64,000 bases of DNA from Acidilobaceae archaeon (GTDB lineage: Archaea; Thermoproteota; Thermoprotei_A; Sulfolobales; Acidilobaceae): assembly GCA_038897215.1 (NCBI GenBank), contig JAWAWX010000001.1, forward strand, positions 480,001 through 544,000. Direction: 5' to 3'. Both the position numbers and the translations under genes were made by a program. The notes under the pieces are model-generated. The model saw only the letters and a list, made by a program, of their open reading frames with translations. It searched no databases and was not told the origin of the DNA. Below, piece after piece: positions 18,470 through 28,425 of the stretch; the stretch's first letter is position 1; each line of letters starts with the position of its first letter.

Positions 18470-19366
18470 GTGGATAGTGGGCTTCCGAAGACTGTAATGC
18501 ACATATTTGAATCTACGAAACCGAAGCAGACCTTCCTGCTACTTTTAACTATGCTTGGAGCTTATGCTACTGGCTACGTATACTTAGGATCCTCTAATTT
18601 CTCTCCGAGCTTTCTCATAGCCCTTCTGCTAATGGGCTACCTAGCTGTAGGAGGTACCACGTTACTCAACATGTACTTCGATGTAGACATAGATAGTGTG
18701 ATGGAGAGAACTAAAGGTAGACCTCTACCCTCCAAGAAGCTCGATAAGAGAGTTGCGCTAGCTTGCGGGACGCTAATGGTTATCACATCTCTAGCGATCG
18801 CTTGGGATATAAATGTGTACGTATTCGCCGCTGTACTTGCTGGCTTCGCTTTCGACATCTTCGGCTACACTCTCCTGATGAAGAGGAGGTCTCCTCTCAG
18901 CATATTCGTGGGAGCTGTAGCAGGGTCTATGCCCGCTCTCGGAGGCTGGGCGGCCGCCACGGGTTCTCTCGAAGCTCCCGCTTTCTTGCTAGCGTCTCTA
19001 GTGTTTTTATGGCAGCCTCTTCACGTCTGGTTCCTCTCGTTCTTCTATAGCGAAGACTATAGGAGAGCCAGAGTCCCCACTCTTCCTCTCGTAGTTGAGC
19101 CTCAGGTGTTCGGACTCATCGTCATAGTATTCCTGGTAGCCTTTGTAGCGGCTACTGGTCTCTTCGTTGCTCTCACAGGCTATGGGATCGTAGCGTTCAT
19201 CGTATGCCTTCTAGGCTCTCTAAGAGCTTCTCTCATGGTGTTAAAGTTCATCAATGAGCCTGAGAAAAGTCTGGCTTGGAGGATCTTCAAGTTCGCTACG
19301 CCACTCCTAGCCTCGGTCTTCTTGCTGATACCCTTCGAGGCGATAGCTAGAACCCTAGTCCTCTAG
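18470..19366 (+). CDS. cyoE: Protoheme IX farnesyltransferase (heme O synthase)
   Basis: NMYFDVDIDSVMERTKGRPLPS, YTLLMKRR, WQPLH, EDYRRA. Confidence 0.93.
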   Translation: MDSGLPKTVMHIFESTKPKQTFLLLLTMLGAYATGYVYLGSSNFSPSFLIALLLMGYLAVGGTTLLNMYFDVDIDSVMERTKGRPLPSKKLDKRVALACGTLMVITSLAIAWDINVYVFAAVLAGFAFDIFGYTLLMKRRSPLSIFVGAVAGSMPALGGWAAATGSLEAPAFLLASLVFLWQPLHVWFLSFFYSEDYRRARVPTLPLVVEPQVFGLIVIVFLVAFVAATGLFVALTGYGIVAFIVCLLGSLRASLMVLKFINEPEKSLAWRIFKFATPLLASVFLLIPFEAIARTLVL

Positions 19367-20437
19367 GAGACTGCTCTCCGAGACTCCGAGTTTCTCCAGG
19401 TCTTTGGCTCTAGAGGGTAGGCTTAGCCTAGTGAGAGACCTGCCCTCTCTAGCTACAGCTCTTCTCTCTGCTAGTGTGAACATGTAGCCTGGTCTCCTAA
19501 GCCAGACTGCTTCGAGTAGCTTTAATCTAGTAGCGGCTACCGCCTCCTCGCGAGTCTTAGCCGACCTGATTGCATCAAGTATGTTTACTCTTCTACCACT
19601 CCAGTTGATACAAGGGCTTACGTAGCCGTGAGGGTCTACTCTCACTCTATCGCAACCCGCGCAGAAGACGGGGTTGGAGGGTGATGAGACGATCTCTACT
19701 GTGACTCCGTTGGGGAGTCTGTAAACTGGTCTGTAGTGTAAGTCTCTTAGCTCTCTCTCCGCTCCTCTCTTCAGTAACTCCTCTTCGATAACGCTGAGCT
19801 TGAAAGCGAACTTGTCGAGACTAGAGCCTCTCCCCACAGGGATCAACTCTATGAGTTGGAGGGTAGCCCCTAGCTTGCTCGCGAGTTCTGCTATACTCCA
19901 GACCTCTGTCTCGTTGATGCCCCTCAAGACTAGAGTGTTGATCTTGACTTTTAGACCCATATCTACAGCTACTCTCAACCCCTCTAGGACTCTATCGAGC
20001 CCATCGACTCCCGTTATCTTCCTGTAGACCTCTCTTCTCAGACTGTGGAGAGACACGTTGACTCTCTTCAAACCCGCTGAAGCCAGAGAGGGCGCTAGGC
20101 TAGCTAGGTAGAACCCGTTGGTTGTCATGGAGATATCGAGAGACCTATCGGGAGAAGAGACAGCTGAAACCACTTCTACTATATCGCTTCTAGCTAGAGG
20201 CTCTCCTCCGGTTATCTTGAATCCTCTAACTCCGAGAGATACCGCTGCCTCGGCTAGAATCTCGTAGTCTAGAGGGGTCATTGAGGGAGGGTCTTCTCCA
20301 ATTCTGAATGGTCTTCCAGCAGGGCTCCCCTCCATGTGGCAGAAGAAGCAGTTGTAGTTGCACTCGTTGGTGACCAGGAGTCGTATGCTTCTAAAAGGTC
20401 TCCCGTAAGCGTCAGTAATAAACATCTGTAGCGCCAC
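19355..20437 (-). CDS. moaA: GTP 3',8-cyclase
   Basis: DAYGR, CNYNCFFCH, TGGEP, FCAGCDRVRV...PC. Confidence 0.93.
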   Translation of the reverse strand: MALQMFITDAYGRPFRSIRLLVTNECNYNCFFCHMEGSPAGRPFRIGEDPPSMTPLDYEILAEAAVSLGVRGFKITGGEPLARSDIVEVVSAVSSPDRSLDISMTTNGFYLASLAPSLASAGLKRVNVSLHSLRREVYRKITGVDGLDRVLEGLRVAVDMGLKVKINTLVLRGINETEVWSIAELASKLGATLQLIELIPVGRGSSLDKFAFKLSVIEEELLKRGAERELRDLHYRPVYRLPNGVTVEIVSSPSNPVFCAGCDRVRVDPHGYVSPCINWSGRRVNILDAIRSAKTREEAVAATRLKLLEAVWLRRPGYMFTLAERRAVAREGRSLTRLSLPSRAKDLEKLGVSESSLLED

Positions 20438-21028
20438 CTCTAAGAGCGTGTGCCGACTAGGCAGTATTTGAGCGAAGCCGAATAAGTATGCTGTCTAAAC
20501 ATAGTCCATATACTCTATCATAAGGCGTTCAGTGTCAGAGCCGAGCAGAAAAGAGTAGGGGAGACTCTCCCGTAATTTGAACCCTCCAAGAACACCTCTT
20601 GAGCTTTCTACTCTTTTTATCAAATCAGGAGTCTGAAGACATGGGTCTAGCGGCTACCCTACTTTCCCAGAGGTTTAGCGAGCCAGAGTAGCCCCTGGTA
20701 AAGGAGCGGAGGGTTGAAGGCTGTCAAGTTACTCCACCTATGATGATCGTTGAAGTTTTGCTTCTCAACGCGTCTTAGCCTCCTCCGCAGTCTCCACGAG
20801 TTCTCAGAAAGCAAGCTTTTCTCCAACTTCTTCAAGTCTAAACATAATTACCTTTAAGTAGCACTCTCCACATTGTTCGGAGAAGTGAGCGTCACGTGCT
20901 CTAGAGCAATGAAGATATAAAAAGCTGTGAGGACTCGATGGGTATAGTCAAGTTGGCGACCTCGGTCTCTCTGAGATTCATGTTAGCTTGTGTAAGACAA
21001 TGAGTGCTCAGAAGGAGGAACATGATAT

Positions 21029-22375
21029 TTATTTCTCTAAGCAGAGCTCTGCTAGCGCCTCTTGGCCCTCTGGCTGTTGCAAGGTCTGTACGACTCCTCT
21101 AATCCTGGCTATCGACTTCCTTTCTGGGAGCCCTACGTGACCGTCTTCTAGTACCACGAATATGTCGGATAGCTGGGAGAGTAGCGCCAGCAGTGGCTCG
21201 CTCGGGCTTGTTGCGGCGACAAGCTCTACTAGCGCTATATGCGTGTTTCTCGCCTTGTTAGCATTCATGACGACGTATCGATAGAACTCCTCGCGCTCCT
21301 CCTTGGAGATCAGAGTGTTGACCAGGTCTATTCCAAATGTGACCGCCACGTCTGGCTTAAATTCCTCAAGGCTTTTGTGGAATTTCACTGCTAAGTCACT
21401 AAGACTTTCCCTAGTAGGGTCGCTGGATACTACTATCAGCTCTCCTCCATCTACATTAACGCGAGTAACCTCCATTGGCACCGTTGAGAAGAAAAGTACT
21501 CTCGCGGAGTTCACTGCAGCTATCTTTCTAGCTAGATTGATAGCACACCTCATAGAAAGCTGGAGCGAAGAAGTCGCTATCGTCGCTATCTCGCCAGACC
21601 TAATACCTCCTATTATCTTATCTAAAGTCTTCATAGAGAGCATGAATACCTTTTCCTCGCGCTGTCTGCTAGAATCTTCAAAGTACTCATAGGGATAGAC
21701 GACCTCTATACCGGAGCCTTTGACGAAAGTGAAGGGAGCTCCTGCGACTTCTATCGAGTGTCCTCTTAGCTTCTGTATCTCGAGTCTTCTGGAAGGAGTT
21801 CCTCTTATTATCGAGTATTTCAACGCTATGATAGCGTCTGCAACGAATTCTATGTCTCCAGTATTCTCTATGTACATTGTCGAGAGAGGGACTTCAACTG
21901 TTACTATTACGAGACCCTCTATGTCTTTAGCTAGGCCCGAGAAGAAGTTCTGTAAGAGAGCTCTCCTCTTCACGTCCACTAGAATCTTCATGAAGGAGGA
22001 GATGCTATCGACTACGACTATTTGGGGACGATACTTGAGAACCAGATTAGCTATGGTCTCGACAGCACTATCAACAGCCTCATCGCTACTAGGCATGGGA
22101 AGCTTGACGAACTTCAAGTGATCGCTCTCGATAGCTTCAGCTACGTCTAAACCTAGATTTCTACAATTATCACGTATCTTAAACTCATCCTCCTGCGTGC
22201 TCACGAAAAGACAACGGTGTCCTCTCTTAATGTTAGCTAGACACATCATAAGAGCTAGCGTAGTCTTCCCGGCTCCAGGATGTCCCGCTATAGCGATCAA
22301 CATTCCTGGTCTGAGAGCCTTCCCGTAAGCGTGATCAAGCCCCTTGACGCCGAAAACGAAAACCGATTCTGACAC
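21029..22375 (-). CDS. KaiC-like RecA-superfamily ATPase, two domains with the second degenerate
   Basis: GHPGAGKT, VVVDSIS, IEFVADAII and KLRG in domain 1. Domain 2 keeps LDKIIGGI but has no Walker A. Confidence 0.85.
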   Translation of the reverse strand: MSESVFVFGVKGLDHAYGKALRPGMLIAIAGHPGAGKTTLALMMCLANIKRGHRCLFVSTQEDEFKIRDNCRNLGLDVAEAIESDHLKFVKLPMPSSDEAVDSAVETIANLVLKYRPQIVVVDSISSFMKILVDVKRRALLQNFFSGLAKDIEGLVIVTVEVPLSTMYIENTGDIEFVADAIIALKYSIIRGTPSRRLEIQKLRGHSIEVAGAPFTFVKGSGIEVVYPYEYFEDSSRQREEKVFMLSMKTLDKIIGGIRSGEIATIATSSLQLSMRCAINLARKIAAVNSARVLFFSTVPMEVTRVNVDGGELIVVSSDPTRESLSDLAVKFHKSLEEFKPDVAVTFGIDLVNTLISKEEREEFYRYVVMNANKARNTHIALVELVAATSPSEPLLALLSQLSDIFVVLEDGHVGLPERKSIARIRGVVQTLQQPEGQEALAELCLEK

Positions 22376-22557
22376 TGTACCTCACACTATAAACTACTAC
22401 CGAACCTAGTACTGTTCCGTAATGCCTTTAAGCTTAACTCGGCTTCTTAAAAAGATTCTTCAGATTCTTCATTGACGAAAAACATAAGCAAGATTAGACT
22501 TAGAAGTCAGTAAAACCTATAGCGGGAACAGCAACAAAACTGAAAGAGGAAGGCGGC

Positions 22558-23637
22558 TTGGAGAGAAGACACATTGCTCTTGCAAGACTATGGAAGCCTC
22601 TCAGAGATAGAGAGGGGTGGGTTGAGTGCAACCTATGCTATAGGAGGTGCTTGATAGCGCCTGGCAGATTTGGGGTCTGCGGTGTCAGGAAGAATGAGGA
22701 AGGCTCTCTCTATACCTTAGTCTACGGGCTCTTAACCGCCGTTAACCTAGACCCGATCGAGAAGAAGCCGCTCCTACACTTCTACCCAGCTAGCTTAGTG
22801 TTAAGCATTGGAACCGTGGGCTGCAACTTTTTCTGCAGATTCTGCCAGAACTGGGAGATAAGCCAGAGTAGGCTGGAGAGCGGTCTATTCGGCTCTTTCT
22901 TCGAGCCAGAGGACTTGATCGAACTCGCTACCAGACACGGAGCCGATGGAGTCTCCTACACTTACAACGAGCCCACGATCTTCTTCGAATTCATGGAGGA
23001 CACGGCCAAGCTGGCTAAGAAGAGGGGTCTTTTCAACACCATGGTGACAAACGGGTACATGACGCCCGAAGCCGTGGACTCTCTAGGAGGCTTGATCGAC
23101 GCCGCTACGGTCGACTTCAAGGGAGGAGGCAACGCACTCTTCTACCGGGACCTGATGAGAGTAAGAGACCCTGAACTCATCTTCGAGACTCTAAGAGCTA
23201 TGAAGGAGAAGGGCTGGTGGGTAGAGGTCACTAATCTCGTCGTCCCTAGGTACGGGGATAGAGAGGAGGATGTCAGGAAGCTGGCTCGCTGGATAGCCGA
23301 GAACCTGGGAGACGAGACCCCCTTCCACCTCCTCAGATTCTACCCGCAGTATAAGCTGACAGACGTGCCCCCCACGCCTAGGCAGACTCTCGAGAAGCTA
23401 GCTGAAGTAGCTAGAAGCGAGTCGCTGAAGCACGTCTACCTAGGCAACGTGCCGGGGCACCCTCTAGAAAACACGTACTGCCCCGGTTGCGGCTTCAGAG
23501 TAGTCGGGAGATACGGCTTCTTCGTGACTGAGTACAGGCTGGGCCCCGGCAACACCTGCCCTAGGTGTGGTAGGAAAATAAACATAGTGGGCGAGTATAG
23601 GGGGAAGTCTTCGGGGTTCCCCATCCCTCTAATCTAG
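22558..23637 (+). CDS. amrS: AmmeMemoRadiSam-system radical SAM enzyme
   Basis: CNLCYRRC...CGVR, DPIEKKPL, GCNFFCRFCQNWEISQ, YTYNEP, YLGNVPG, TYCPGC. Confidence 0.92.
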   Translation: MERRHIALARLWKPLRDREGWVECNLCYRRCLIAPGRFGVCGVRKNEEGSLYTLVYGLLTAVNLDPIEKKPLLHFYPASLVLSIGTVGCNFFCRFCQNWEISQSRLESGLFGSFFEPEDLIELATRHGADGVSYTYNEPTIFFEFMEDTAKLAKKRGLFNTMVTNGYMTPEAVDSLGGLIDAATVDFKGGGNALFYRDLMRVRDPELIFETLRAMKEKGWWVEVTNLVVPRYGDREEDVRKLARWIAENLGDETPFHLLRFYPQYKLTDVPPTPRQTLEKLAEVARSESLKHVYLGNVPGHPLENTYCPGCGFRVVGRYGFFVTEYRLGPGNTCPRCGRKINIVGEYRGKSSGFPIPLI

Positions 23638-24836
23638 GCCTGCGCTACAGCTCTCTCCACGTCGTGCTCCGTTACCCCCCATTTAGCGCTGATCCCCGAG
23701 ACGTCTAGGTAGCAGAGCGGGTCGTCACCCCACATGTCTCCCGTGTATGCGAGAGCTCTCCCCCTACTGCCTCCTCCGCAGACGAGCTTGAAGACGCAGC
23801 TAGAGCACTTGGGTCCTCTGAGGTTCAAGTGGACCTCCAGGAAGGGCTTCAGCAACTGGTTCTCGGGACTGAGGACCTCTGCTAGCTTCTGCCTCCTCAG
23901 GTCGCCGACATCCACCCACTCTATGAACTGGCACGGCTTAACTCTGCCGTCGGGGTAGACGCTTAGAGTCTTCCTACCACAGTCTCCCTGAGCTCCTATC
24001 ATGGATAGATATGATAGGAACTCCTCTCTGGTCTTCGATAGAGCGTCTGCTAGATGAATGCCCGCAAAGTTAGCTCTGACTACTAGGAGCTCTGGATCTC
24101 CCCCCGTCTCTTTCGAGACCTTTGCTAGATCCTCGACTAGCTCTCTGAGCTGGTCGTGAGAAGGCATGAGCCCCAGCTCTCCGCAAGCTCTCCCAGCAGC
24201 GTCTAGCACGTAGTAGGCTACTCTCTTCACTCCGAGTTCTCTCGAGAGCAGAGCTAGCTCTCTGGCCTCGCTCGCGTTCTCTCTAGTGATAGTCATCCTG
24301 AAGCCCGTGTTCAGCCCTGCTCTCATAGAGTTCCTGACGCCCTCGAGAGCTCTCTCGAATGCTCCAGCTACTCCTCTGAACTCGTCGTGCTTCTCCCTGA
24401 CCACGCTGTCGAGAGAGACGCCGACGTAGCTGAACTCGAGCTTAGCGAGCTTCTCGGCCACCCTCTCGGTCAAGAGGGTGCCGTTAGTGCTTAGAGCCAG
24501 CTTCACCCCATAGTCTCTGAGAGTCTCCGCTATAGCCCAGAAGTCCTCTCTGAGGAGCGGCTCTCCCCCGCTGAGGACTGCCATGGGGAGCCCTAGCTCG
24601 CCTATCTCGCGCGCTATCCTCAGAGCCTCCTCGGAGCCCAGCTCTCCCGGGAGCTTGTGAGGCTGGGCTGAGATATAGCAGTGAGCGCACCTCAGGTTGC
24701 ACTTGTAGGTGAGGTTCCAGAACACTATTGGTTTGTAGCGGCTCGTGAACCTAGAGGGGGAGCCTCTCCCGTACCTGCCCTTGATGCTGAAGGATACAGT
24801 GCCTCTGCCTGTGACCATTACGCTGACCGGTATCAA
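23634..24836 (-). CDS. ahbC: Radical SAM/SPASM protein, probable Fe-coproporphyrin III synthase AhbC
   Basis: PIVFWNLTYKCNLRCAHCY, SGGEP, SPASM cysteines, DDPLCY; lies in the heme cluster. Confidence 0.75.
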   Translation of the reverse strand: MIPVSVMVTGRGTVSFSIKGRYGRGSPSRFTSRYKPIVFWNLTYKCNLRCAHCYISAQPHKLPGELGSEEALRIAREIGELGLPMAVLSGGEPLLREDFWAIAETLRDYGVKLALSTNGTLLTERVAEKLAKLEFSYVGVSLDSVVREKHDEFRGVAGAFERALEGVRNSMRAGLNTGFRMTITRENASEARELALLSRELGVKRVAYYVLDAAGRACGELGLMPSHDQLRELVEDLAKVSKETGGDPELLVVRANFAGIHLADALSKTREEFLSYLSMIGAQGDCGRKTLSVYPDGRVKPCQFIEWVDVGDLRRQKLAEVLSPENQLLKPFLEVHLNLRGPKCSSCVFKLVCGGGSRGRALAYTGDMWGDDPLCYLDVSGISAKWGVTEHDVERAVAQA

Positions 24837-26005
24837 AACTGTGGCACCTCTACCTCGAGGCCGAGCTCTCTATAGCTGTTCGGAGTGTACGGGCAAGCTG
24901 GGTCCTCCCCGTAGGGGTCTCCCGTCGCGCTGAAAGCTCTGGCTCTGCTGCCACCGCAGATACTCCTAAACTCGCACTCGCCACACTTTCCTTTGAAGAG
25001 AGCTCTCCTCAGGTTCTTGAAGAGTTCCGACTCCAGGTATGCTCGCTTTAATCCCTCTCTTCTAACGTTCCCGCCCGCTACTGGGAGGAAGCCGCTCGGG
25101 TATACGTCTCCGTTGTACGCTACGAATACTATCCCCTTGCCGTCTCTTGTTCCCGTGGTTTCAGCCCTCGTCTCAGCCTTGGGGGCTCCTGCTAGAGTCT
25201 TGAGTGATTCTGAGAGGCTTCTGTAGAGGCTACCTAGCTTGAAAACCTCGACGTGGTCTAGCCCCTCTCTCTCAGCAGCAAGCCTAGCTAGAGCCACGCG
25301 TCTAAACATCGGGCCCTCGACTGTTCTCACGGTCAGACCGTAGCGGGACGCGTCGTAGAGGAAGTGGGAGACCTCCTCCCACTCCCAGGGCTCCAGGTCT
25401 AGGCTTGAGGCTCCTCTCCCGATTCTCACGAAGTAGAAAACCTCCCAGGCGCTCGCCTCGAGCTTCTCCAGGAGCGGGACTAGCTTGGGGAGCTCTCTGA
25501 GAGTGGGCCTCATCACCGTGGTGTTTATCTGAACCTTGATCCCGTAGTCTCTGAAGAGCCTGACAGCCTCGAGAGTCCTAGCCCACGTGCCCGGCACTCC
25601 TCTCACTGAATCGTGGACCTCGGGAGAGGCCCCGTCGAGGCTGAGGGAGACAGCTTGAATCCCCGACTCCGAGGCCTTCTTTATAGCGTCCTCGCTCAAG
25701 AGAGGCGTCACGCTCGGAGCTAGAGAGACTCTCAGACCCTTCTCTCTAGCGTAAGCCGCTATACTCCAGAGGTCTTGCCTCATCAGAGGGTCTCCGCCCG
25801 TGAGGACCAGGATCGGGTACGGGGGGTGGAATGACACCACCTCGTCTACGAGCCTAAGCCCCTCGCTCGTAGAGAGTTCTCCCGGCAGAGGCTTATCTAT
25901 AGCCTCTGCGCGGCAGTGCTTGCAGGAGAGCAGACAAGCCTTAGTGGTCTCCCAGAAGACTAGCAGAGGCTTCTCGTCGAAGGGCCACTTAGAGTAACGA
26001 ACCAA
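24833..26005 (-). CDS. ahbD: Radical SAM/SPASM protein (TIGR04053-like), probable AhbD heme synthase
   Basis: PLLVFWETTKACLLSCKHCRA, DGKGIVFV, PSGFLP, CGECEFRSICGGSRARA; heme cluster context. Confidence 0.72.
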   Translation of the reverse strand: MVRYSKWPFDEKPLLVFWETTKACLLSCKHCRAEAIDKPLPGELSTSEGLRLVDEVVSFHPPYPILVLTGGDPLMRQDLWSIAAYAREKGLRVSLAPSVTPLLSEDAIKKASESGIQAVSLSLDGASPEVHDSVRGVPGTWARTLEAVRLFRDYGIKVQINTTVMRPTLRELPKLVPLLEKLEASAWEVFYFVRIGRGASSLDLEPWEWEEVSHFLYDASRYGLTVRTVEGPMFRRVALARLAAEREGLDHVEVFKLGSLYRSLSESLKTLAGAPKAETRAETTGTRDGKGIVFVAYNGDVYPSGFLPVAGGNVRREGLKRAYLESELFKNLRRALFKGKCGECEFRSICGGSRARAFSATGDPYGEDPACPYTPNSYRELGLEVEVPQF

Positions 26006-26113
26006 GCCCGCTCACTCACTGTCATTCAATAAAATCTCAATGCTTATTAATACCGATTCAGAACCTCTAATATTAGCTCTACTCGAGAGAGAATTCTCTG
26101 GTGTAGCATCGTA

Positions 26114-27073
26114 ATGCCTGACCTGAGGACTACTTTGCTGATGAAACTCCAGTACGAGTTTCCCCTGACGGCGACACCGTTCCTCGATGTGGCTAGAGAG
26201 CTGGGAGTCTCGGAGGAACTCGCTCTAAGCGAGCTAAGGAGGCTCGCTGAAACCGGGGTTCTGAAGAGAGTAGGCTTCTACTACAACTATAGGTCTAGGC
26301 GCCAGGTAGCCGCTCTCATAGGGGTCGCTTGCGGAGAGAGATACTCCGAGGCCGCTGAGGCAACTAGGAGAGACCCTCTCACTACTCACAGTTATCTCAG
26401 AGACCACCCCGAGGTCAACCTGTGGGTCGTGGCTAGGAGAGCGTCCAGAGGAGAGCTCATAGAGTACGCTGAAGAGCTAGCTCGGCTGTGCGGCTCCTCG
26501 AGGTACACTGTGCTCTTCAGCAAGAAGACTCTCAAGCTCAGCGTCAAGTACGACCTCCTCGAGGGAGTCTCTAGAAGCGGCTCCTACTCGAAGCTACCCG
26601 AGAACCCCCCGAGACCCGAGGACCTGGGAGTAGACCCCAGGCTACCTGAGATGCTACGCTCGCTGCCCCTCGAGAGCAGACCCTATAGGGAGATAGCGGG
26701 AAAGCTGGGTCTGAGCGAGAACGAGGTTCTAGAAGCGGTAGTGAGGCTCCTGGAGGCGGGCGTTCTAGGAGACCCGGGGGCTGCTCTCGACGGTAAGAAG
26801 TTAGGGTTTAGAGAGAACGCTATGATCATAGCGAAGCTCAACGGCTCAGAAGAGCTAGCCTCATGCCTAGCCTCCATCCCGTACACGACCCACGTGGTCT
26901 TGAGAGAGGTCTACCCACCCTCTAGCTGGGAGTTCGACGGGTACGCCATGGTTCACGCTACTCGCAGAGATAAGGTGTACGAGGTGCTTGAGCTTATTGC
27001 CTCAAAGTGCTCTCTACGCGATACGAGAGTCCTTTTCAGCGTGGAGGACTTGAAGCCAGAGGTGGTCAGATAA
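26114..27073 (+). CDS. Fused siroheme decarboxylase AhbA-AhbB (NirDL-like)
   Basis: Two Lrp/AsnC-like repeats: FPLTATPF...THSYLR and LPLESRPY...THVVLR...YAMVH. Confidence 0.88.
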   Translation: MPDLRTTLLMKLQYEFPLTATPFLDVARELGVSEELALSELRRLAETGVLKRVGFYYNYRSRRQVAALIGVACGERYSEAAEATRRDPLTTHSYLRDHPEVNLWVVARRASRGELIEYAEELARLCGSSRYTVLFSKKTLKLSVKYDLLEGVSRSGSYSKLPENPPRPEDLGVDPRLPEMLRSLPLESRPYREIAGKLGLSENEVLEAVVRLLEAGVLGDPGAALDGKKLGFRENAMIIAKLNGSEELASCLASIPYTTHVVLREVYPPSSWEFDGYAMVHATRRDKVYEVLELIASKCSLRDTRVLFSVEDLKPEVVR

Positions 27074-27771
27074 TGGTCTTCACCCCTCTGTACATCGACC
27101 TCTCAGGCTTCCGCGTTCTTGTCGTCGGCGGAGGCTACGTTGGAGCTAGGAGAGCTCTCTTCTTCAAGGAGGCGGGAGCTAGAGTCACTGTAGCAGCTAA
27201 GGAGTTTAGAAAAGAGCTGACTCAAGTAGACGGTATTGAGCTTGTTCGAGTAGACCTGCCTAGAGACATGGCTCTACTCGAGGAGCTCATAAAGACTCAC
27301 GACTTGATAGTGATAGCTGTGAGCGACGACCAGCTAGCTGAGGAGGTCGCCGAGAAGGCTCTTAGGGAGAGGAAGCTGGTAAACAACAGTGTAGACTATA
27401 GGAAAGGCAACGTGATAGTACCCTTCAGGGCTCTAGCTGGAGGCTTAGGGGTAGCAGTGACCTCCTTCGGCTCTTCGGGTATGGCTGCTAGAGTGGCTTT
27501 AGAGAAGGCTGTCGAGGCCATAGCCGGAGACCCCGAGGTTAGAGCCATACTCGAGTCGTTCGGCAAGCTGAAGAGACAACTGAGAGAGACTGTGAGAGAC
27601 CCGAGGCTCAGGATGAGGATATACATGGCTGTAGAGGAGGACGCTCTCTACAGAGAGCTGGTGAAGAGAGGGAACGCTAGAGGAGCCTACGAGAGAGCTC
27701 TAGAGGTCGCTAGAGGCTTCGGTGTATCTCTTCAGCCTCTCGACGATAGTGTTCTCGAGGAGAGGCAATAG
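27073..27771 (+). CDS. sirC: Precorrin-2 dehydrogenase (SirC/Met8p-like)
   Basis: TPLYIDL, VLVVGGGYVG, LVNNSVD. The ATG overlaps the ahbAB TAA (TAATG). Confidence 0.88.
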   Translation: MVFTPLYIDLSGFRVLVVGGGYVGARRALFFKEAGARVTVAAKEFRKELTQVDGIELVRVDLPRDMALLEELIKTHDLIVIAVSDDQLAEEVAEKALRERKLVNNSVDYRKGNVIVPFRALAGGLGVAVTSFGSSGMAARVALEKAVEAIAGDPEVRAILESFGKLKRQLRETVRDPRLRMRIYMAVEEDALYRELVKRGNARGAYERALEVARGFGVSLQPLDDSVLEERQ

Positions 27772-28281
27772 GTACGGGATTACTACTCTATCCCCGCATC
27801 TCTCCAGAGACCTGAGGGTAGTAGAGCCTGGGAGGAGGCTAGCGACCACGATGCAGTCAGCAACGCTCGAGCAGTCACGCGATACCTCAACGAAAGCTTT
27901 CAGCTTCTCTCCGAGCTCTCGAGCGATATCATTCAAAGCCTTAGACCTACCTGCTTCCGCGTGCACTAATAGCACTGAGCTACAGCCTACAAGCTCTCTG
28001 GAGAGAGCTTCCACAATATCCTCGAGAGAGAGGAGAGAGATTACTCGAGCACCTCTAGTGGACGCGACGCTCAAGACCTCCGAGTAGCCCCGACCTCTTA
28101 GCAGTAGCAGAGGGTAAACTAGGTCCTTCTCTGAGATAGAGCAACTAGAGTCTCTGAGCTCGCTTAAGGCGCAGATCGTGACCTCCGTTCTCGTGATTGA
28201 AGCCAGTAGCTCGCGTAGCCTCGCGACCTCTCGAGCAGCCATGTCGGTAACATAGTCGTGGACAACGACAACTACTCTCAT
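27700..28281 (-). CDS. Divergent CbiX/SirB-like chelatase-fold protein
   Basis: Two repeats, VVVVHD...PLLLLRG and LLVHAE...SLLPG, echo CbiX architecture; sits between sirC and hemA. Confidence 0.5.
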   Translation of the reverse strand: MRVVVVVHDYVTDMAAREVARLRELLASITRTEVTICALSELRDSSCSISEKDLVYPLLLLRGRGYSEVLSVASTRGARVISLLSLEDIVEALSRELVGCSSVLLVHAEAGRSKALNDIARELGEKLKAFVEVSRDCSSVADCIVVASLLPGSTTLRSLERCGDRVVIPYLLPLLENTIVERLKRYTEASSDL

Positions 28282-28425
28282 TCATCCACCCACTGTATCG
28301 CAGAAGAGCCCAGATACTATTTGCGTAACGGGGTCGCTCCAGAAAGCAATAGAATTAACGCTAATGAAAAGCTTAGAAGATAGAAATTTAAGCGAGTCTC
28401 ATGAGAGAGTCTATAGGAGAGTAGG

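Noticed and set aside
20493-20846. 11-bp direct repeat GTCTAAACATA as a possible target-site duplication
   Set aside because: No terminal inverted repeats or transposase remnant between the copies; compatible with chance.
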